Shown one piece after another: positions 59,852-64,000 of a stretch of 64,000 nucleotides of DNA. Below the pieces are notes generated by a model, which was given only the letters and a program-made list of their open reading frames with translations, did not search any database and was not told the DNA's origin. The position numbers and the translations under genes were made by a program. How positions within the stretch are numbered: position 1 is the first letter of the stretch; each line of letters begins with the position of its first letter. The DNA comes from an uncultured virus (IMG/VR IMGVR_UViG_3300028394_003206) (lineage: Duplodnaviria > Heunggongvirae > Uroviricota > Caudoviricetes), in IMG/VR virus record IMGVR_UViG_3300028394_003206; one strand, 5' to 3'.

Positions 59852-61294
59852 TTATGAATAAGGGTATTGTTTACCAGTTCCAGAATTGTAAAGATCAGTT
59901 ACTTCAGTTGATGATAATTCTTTATTCCATAATGAAACAGCATCAATTCTTGAATTTGCTGTTGCAAAGTAACCAACAGAACCTCTTGCTGGTATATCTA
60001 ATGCACCAATACATGGTTTTGAAACTGTTGCTAAATGGGTATGGTTTACAGTGTTACTATCTGATGCAACTAATGAACCATTTAAATATATTTTACTACC
60101 AACTCCTGATTTTCTGGTTGCTACAATATGATACCATGTATTTGTAGGAAATCCCGGTCCATAATTATAAGTTAATGTAAGATTGGTGTTAGTATTGTTA
60201 CATAAATCAAATAAAATACTATTTCCATATGTGGATAATGCATATCCATTAGGATTATTAAACCATGTATTTGCACTTATATTATCTAAAATATAAATTT
60301 GGTTTCCACCCATATATCCGCTAGGGATATAAACCCATCCAGAAATTGAGAAATCACCAGTAATATTAATTGAATTATTTGGTAATGCAACATAATCATT
60401 AACACCATCAAATGTAAATGCTTTTCCTATTTTACCTGTTGTGAATGTTGTACCATTTGTCAATGTTCCATGGTTTGAACCATAGCCATCATTAGATGAA
60501 GGTGTTAATATTGAAACTGAACTAGGATAAGTAGCTTCATAACCAGTTCCTGAATTATATAATGCAATAACTTCATTTAAAGATAAAGCTTTATTCCATA
60601 TTGAAGTTCCGTCAATTAAACCATAAAAGAAGTAAGTTGCAGTAGCATATCTACCAATATAAAAATTATTAGTCCCATTAGCACCCCAAGTTAAAGCAGA
60701 ACCATTTTGACTAGATTCTAATTCACCATTTATATAAATTTTATAAGTAGTTCCATCATAAGTAACTGCTATATTATACCATGTATTTGCAGCTAATGCC
60801 GTAACAGAAGCCATAAATGATGTATTATATTCTAAATAAACTTTATTATTAGATGAAACATATAATCTAAAACCATTAGAAGTATTAGAACAATCACTCA
60901 TAATAGTTCTAATAGCACCAGTTGCAGTTAAATTGATCCAAGTATTTATTGAGAAAGAACCAGTTGGTTTAAATCCATCAACCGGCAAAGTAATTATAGT
61001 GCTTGAACCATTAAATGAAAAAGCATTACCAAATTTACCAGTAGCATATGTTAAATTTGAACCTGTTCCAGTGTTAGAACCAATTATATCTGTTGTATTG
61101 GAATTTCCATTCCAAGCACTGGTTAAACTAGTGTTTAATGTTGTTACAGTTGCTGGTATATCACCATTCCAAACACCAAATATACTAGTATTTAATGTTG
61201 TTCCTGATTGAGTTGCTCCTTGTGTTATAGTCCCTGTTTGGTAGAACATATTAACACCATTCATTCTTACTGTAAAGTAACTTTGAGTTGCCAT
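59852..61294 (-). CDS. LamG/concanavalin-A-like two-domain protein, copy B
   Basis: Near-identical N-terminus and second LamG domain to copy A; first LamG domain divergent. Confidence 0.85.
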   Translation of the reverse strand: MATQSYFTVRMNGVNMFYQTGTITQGATQSGTTLNTSIFGVWNGDIPATVTTLNTSLTSAWNGNSNTTDIIGSNTGTGSNLTYATGKFGNAFSFNGSSTIITLPVDGFKPTGSFSINTWINLTATGAIRTIMSDCSNTSNGFRLYVSSNNKVYLEYNTSFMASVTALAANTWYNIAVTYDGTTYKIYINGELESSQNGSALTWGANGTNNFYIGRYATATYFFYGLIDGTSIWNKALSLNEVIALYNSGTGYEATYPSSVSILTPSSNDGYGSNHGTLTNGTTFTTGKIGKAFTFDGVNDYVALPNNSINITGDFSISGWVYIPSGYMGGNQIYILDNISANTWFNNPNGYALSTYGNSILFDLCNNTNTNLTLTYNYGPGFPTNTWYHIVATRKSGVGSKIYLNGSLVASDSNTVNHTHLATVSKPCIGALDIPARGSVGYFATANSRIDAVSLWNKELSSTEVTDLYNSGTGKQYPYS

Positions 61295-61349
61295 AAATAA
61301 TATTATTTTTTTAGTATATATTAAATTTTAAATATGTATTTATAAAATA

Positions 61350-61371
61350 TAGAAAACTAGCAAAGAAAAAA
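61350..61371 (+). repeat. 22-bp inverted repeat, right copy
   Basis: TAGAAAACTAGCAAAGAAAAAA followed by TAA. Confidence 0.9.
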
Positions 61372-61384
61372 TAATATAAACAAT

Positions 61385-61753
61385 ATGATTAAAAAAATAT
61401 TAAATAAAATAAAAGAACTTTTTTCAGGCAAAAAAGTTAAAAACAATGAAAAAATATTAGAATATATTTTACAAAACCCAGGTAGACCAACATTTATCTA
61501 TAAAAAGATAACAATTGGTTTAAAAGCAAATTTGAAAAACCAAAAAGAGTTTGAAAAAATTATAACAAGAAATAAATATTATGTTTTATTTTCTGTATGT
61601 GATTCTGTCGAATGGTATACAATGTTATTAAAATGTGTTGATTTTGAAAATATACCTAAAACATATAAAAAATATTACAATGGTGTTGAAAATACAGCAT
61701 ATTGTACTAAAAGAAGAAAAGAAAATTTTCACAAAGCAAAATTAAAATCTTGA
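61385..61753 (+). CDS. Hypothetical protein
   Basis: 122-aa ORF behind AAAC-N16-ATATAA. Confidence 0.7.
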   Translation: MIKKILNKIKELFSGKKVKNNEKILEYILQNPGRPTFIYKKITIGLKANLKNQKEFEKIITRNKYYVLFSVCDSVEWYTMLLKCVDFENIPKTYKKYYNGVENTAYCTKRRKENFHKAKLKS

Positions 61754-63103
61754 AATAGTATAATTGAAATCATCACATAAAGTATATTTATACTTTGCTG
61801 ATAATCTACCAGACATTTCTGATGAAAATTTAACAACAATTTGCATATTAATTAATTCTTTATCCTCAAGTAACAAATTTAATTTAATACAGAAATCATT
61901 ATTATCTTCATCATCACTCACTTTAAAGAATTGATGATAATCAAATTCTAAATCCATATTATCATAATTTTTTCTAAAGAATTCTCTACTAGGAATTAAA
62001 TTAAAATCTTTTCCACCATTAGCTACATAATATATTCGTCTTTCACTACAACCCATTTTTTCAACTAATGTTTTAAATAATTTCATTTTAACAGTTCCAC
62101 CTGCTAATTTAAAATTATTATCTAATTTCTTAATATCATCTGGGTAGTTTGTTTTAAGAGAGTTTGTTAATAAATTTTCCAATATTTTAGAGTTTAAAAC
62201 TACAATTTTAGTTTCCATCCATTCATTTACTACTCTTTCAACATCCATGAAACACATTTCTTTATTTTTCCATATTTCAGATATTAAATCAGAGAATTTT
62301 AGAATATTCTTATCAAATTCTTTAATAAATTCGCCTAGGTGTTTAAATTTAGGATCAGTGTGTCTTATATCAAAATATTCAAAATATCCCATTGTATCAA
62401 TTCTTCTTGGGTCTATGAATTTTTCAATATGACTTTGTATATCTTTATTAGCATTTTCATATATGTTTCTAACCCATTCTTGTGTTAATTTATTCCATTT
62501 CTGGATATATTCTTCACCATATAACTTCTCAATATCATTTCCAATTAAATCATCAGCAAATGTATTAAAAGAAGCAGTTTTTTGATTTGATATATTTTTA
62601 TTTAAATAAAAAGAATATTGATTACCATCTTTCATTTCAATAACAATATCTTCTTTATAATCATCCTTTTTATTAGGACCTAACCAATAAATTGTTTTGA
62701 TATCATCTGAATTTAATTTCTCATCACCAAATAATTTATCTTGAATAGAACGAGCAGTATTTCTAGCATTAACCAATTTATCCCAATCAACTTCTATATT
62801 AAATTCTAAATCTTGGAAGATTTGGTTTATCTTAGCTGTTTCATCATCTATTTCACATTTATCATTGATAAATTGACCCAATTTCAATCTAGAACCTCCT
62901 AAAATTAAGTTTTTCAAATCTGTTAAGAATATCTGTGAATTCTCTGAATATCTTGCTTTTAAACCCATATCTAATATAGGATTTAAAAAATCATTGTTCA
63001 ATAGAACCATTGATGTGCATATTTCATGAACAATATTTTTTGATGTATATTTATTATTATCTATTGCTTCTTTGAATAATTTATAATTCTTTAAAAATTT
63101 CAT
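61742..63103 (-). CDS. Hypothetical leader-bearing protein
   Basis: ATG at 63103, MKFLKNYKLFKE; TAATATATA (minus) at 63127. Confidence 0.85.
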   Translation of the reverse strand: MKFLKNYKLFKEAIDNNKYTSKNIVHEICTSMVLLNNDFLNPILDMGLKARYSENSQIFLTDLKNLILGGSRLKLGQFINDKCEIDDETAKINQIFQDLEFNIEVDWDKLVNARNTARSIQDKLFGDEKLNSDDIKTIYWLGPNKKDDYKEDIVIEMKDGNQYSFYLNKNISNQKTASFNTFADDLIGNDIEKLYGEEYIQKWNKLTQEWVRNIYENANKDIQSHIEKFIDPRRIDTMGYFEYFDIRHTDPKFKHLGEFIKEFDKNILKFSDLISEIWKNKEMCFMDVERVVNEWMETKIVVLNSKILENLLTNSLKTNYPDDIKKLDNNFKLAGGTVKMKLFKTLVEKMGCSERRIYYVANGGKDFNLIPSREFFRKNYDNMDLEFDYHQFFKVSDDEDNNDFCIKLNLLLEDKELINMQIVVKFSSEMSGRLSAKYKYTLCDDFNYTISRF

Positions 63104-63186
63104 AATCTGAATAACTATTTTTAATATATATATTAAATTATTATTACACAATTATAATTTTCAATAGAAATTTTAATATATATATT

Positions 63187-63819
63187 ATGAAATATTTAAA
63201 AACATATAAAAATTATTTAGAATCTGTACAAATAGATTTAGAATATGATGCAATTGATTTAATGGAATCTCTTAATATATGGTATGATTCATTATTGAAT
63301 ATTATAGATGCTAAAGAAGTTGATATGGAAAAAGAATTTGATCTATCAGATTCATTTCATGAATTAGACACTGATATTGATAATCTTAATATAGATGTAA
63401 AATTTATTTCATCTTTAACTAAAAAGGGATTGAAAAAATCTAAAGTGGAAAATACAGATGATTATGAATCATTTATTAATAAACCATTTAAATTTATGAT
63501 GATTTATAATATAAATTCTAATGAATTGGAAAATCCAGAATATATGGTAATGCAAATATGGAATAATTCATTGAAAAAATGGGATAAGACCAAATTATTT
63601 AAAATAAATGGAGATATTAAAAAATTCTATGATAAATTATCTTCTAAAACAATTGAAATTTTAGATGGTGATAAAAATTATATTTACACAACATCTAATG
63701 CTAATGAATGGATTTTACAAAATGTAGAAGATGAAAATGATATATATAAAAAATATTTCAGAAAAGAAGAATTTGAACAATTGTTAAATGATAGAAAAAT
63801 CAAATTAAATATAATATAA
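63187..63819 (+). CDS. Hypothetical leader-bearing protein
   Basis: MKYLKTYKNYLES; TAATATATA at 63174. Confidence 0.85.
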   Translation: MKYLKTYKNYLESVQIDLEYDAIDLMESLNIWYDSLLNIIDAKEVDMEKEFDLSDSFHELDTDIDNLNIDVKFISSLTKKGLKKSKVENTDDYESFINKPFKFMMIYNINSNELENPEYMVMQIWNNSLKKWDKTKLFKINGDIKKFYDKLSSKTIEILDGDKNYIYTTSNANEWILQNVEDENDIYKKYFRKEEFEQLLNDRKIKLNII

Positions 63820-63833
63820 AATAAAAATTAACT

Positions 63834-64000
63834 ATGGGACATATTAAAACCTTTGAAAATTATTTAGAAACTTTAAATGAAGACACTAGCGCAACCGGTG
63901 GTTTGGCAGTTGGTGGAATGGGAGCAGTTGTTTCCGCACAACCTTCTTCATTACCAGGAACAACAGTTGGTCCGGCTTTTGCTAATACTGGTGGAACTAT
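63834..64000 (+). CDS. Leader-bearing Gly/Ala-rich protein, 3'-truncated by window edge
   Basis: MGHIKTFENYLETLNEDTSATGGLAVGGMG... Confidence 0.7.
   Translation, partial: MGHIKTFENYLETLNEDTSATGGLAVGGMGAVVSAQPSSLPGTTVGPAFANTGGT

Noticed and set aside
3348..62432. Many short opposite-strand or nested ORFs in the track (e.g. 3348, 4964, 5100, 6877, 8377, 14003, 15974, 22319, 30400, 37325, 42822, 56806, 59824, 60933, 62247)
   Set aside because: They lie inside well-supported genes and show no motifs or upstream signals; treated as shadow ORFs
1..64000. Alternative genetic code (TAG or TGA recoding, as in some large phages)
   Set aside because: Conserved genes are full length under code 11, and both TAG and TGA end genes at expected positions
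1..64000. Bacterial chromosome origin, suggested by dnaK, clpP and nusG
   Set aside because: These genes lack their usual neighbours (secE/rplK, grpE/dnaJ, tig/clpX) and are mixed with T4-like and orphan genes
1..64000. tRNA genes
   Set aside because: No cloverleaf with T-loop GTTCRA and acceptor stem recognised by eye; tRNAscan-SE would be decisive

Overview
Very AT-rich, densely coding 64-kb segment that best fits a very large (jumbo/mega) tailed phage, probably infecting a Bacteroidota host. Phage evidence: T4-like type II topoisomerase subunits, T4-like RNase H, a tail-collar protein, homing endonucleases, inteins and many ORFans. Host evidence: TAnnTTTG promoter boxes, no Shine-Dalgarno sites, and host-like dnaK, clpP, nusG, skp, BFN nuclease and histone-H1-like genes. 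Standard genetic code; no tRNA, rRNA operon or CRISPR array seen. Main finding: more than 20 unrelated proteins share an N-terminal leader, M-K-x-(I/L)-K-x-(F/Y)-x-(E/x)-F-(L/I)-x-E, resembling the T4 capsid-targeting sequence. Their genes usually sit directly behind a TAATATATA box. In one paralog family the copy without the leader starts where the leader ends and uses a host-type promoter instead, suggesting a modular promoter+leader system for loading enzymes into the virion. Other notable items: a recurring C-terminal R-x-x-(K/R)-(L/I)-x-x-(L/I) tag; two mini-inteins 7 residues apart in the topoisomerase; an 18-kb segment bounded by exact 22-bp inverted repeats whose inversion restores tandem LamG genes; a 21-nt Bacteroidota-type 16S rRNA sequence in frame inside a phage gene; two ACP-like proteins lacking the active serine; a PgaC-like synthase plus barrel; and two TnpBs with rearranged RuvC sites. 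All functional calls come from motif recognition by eye, without database searches.
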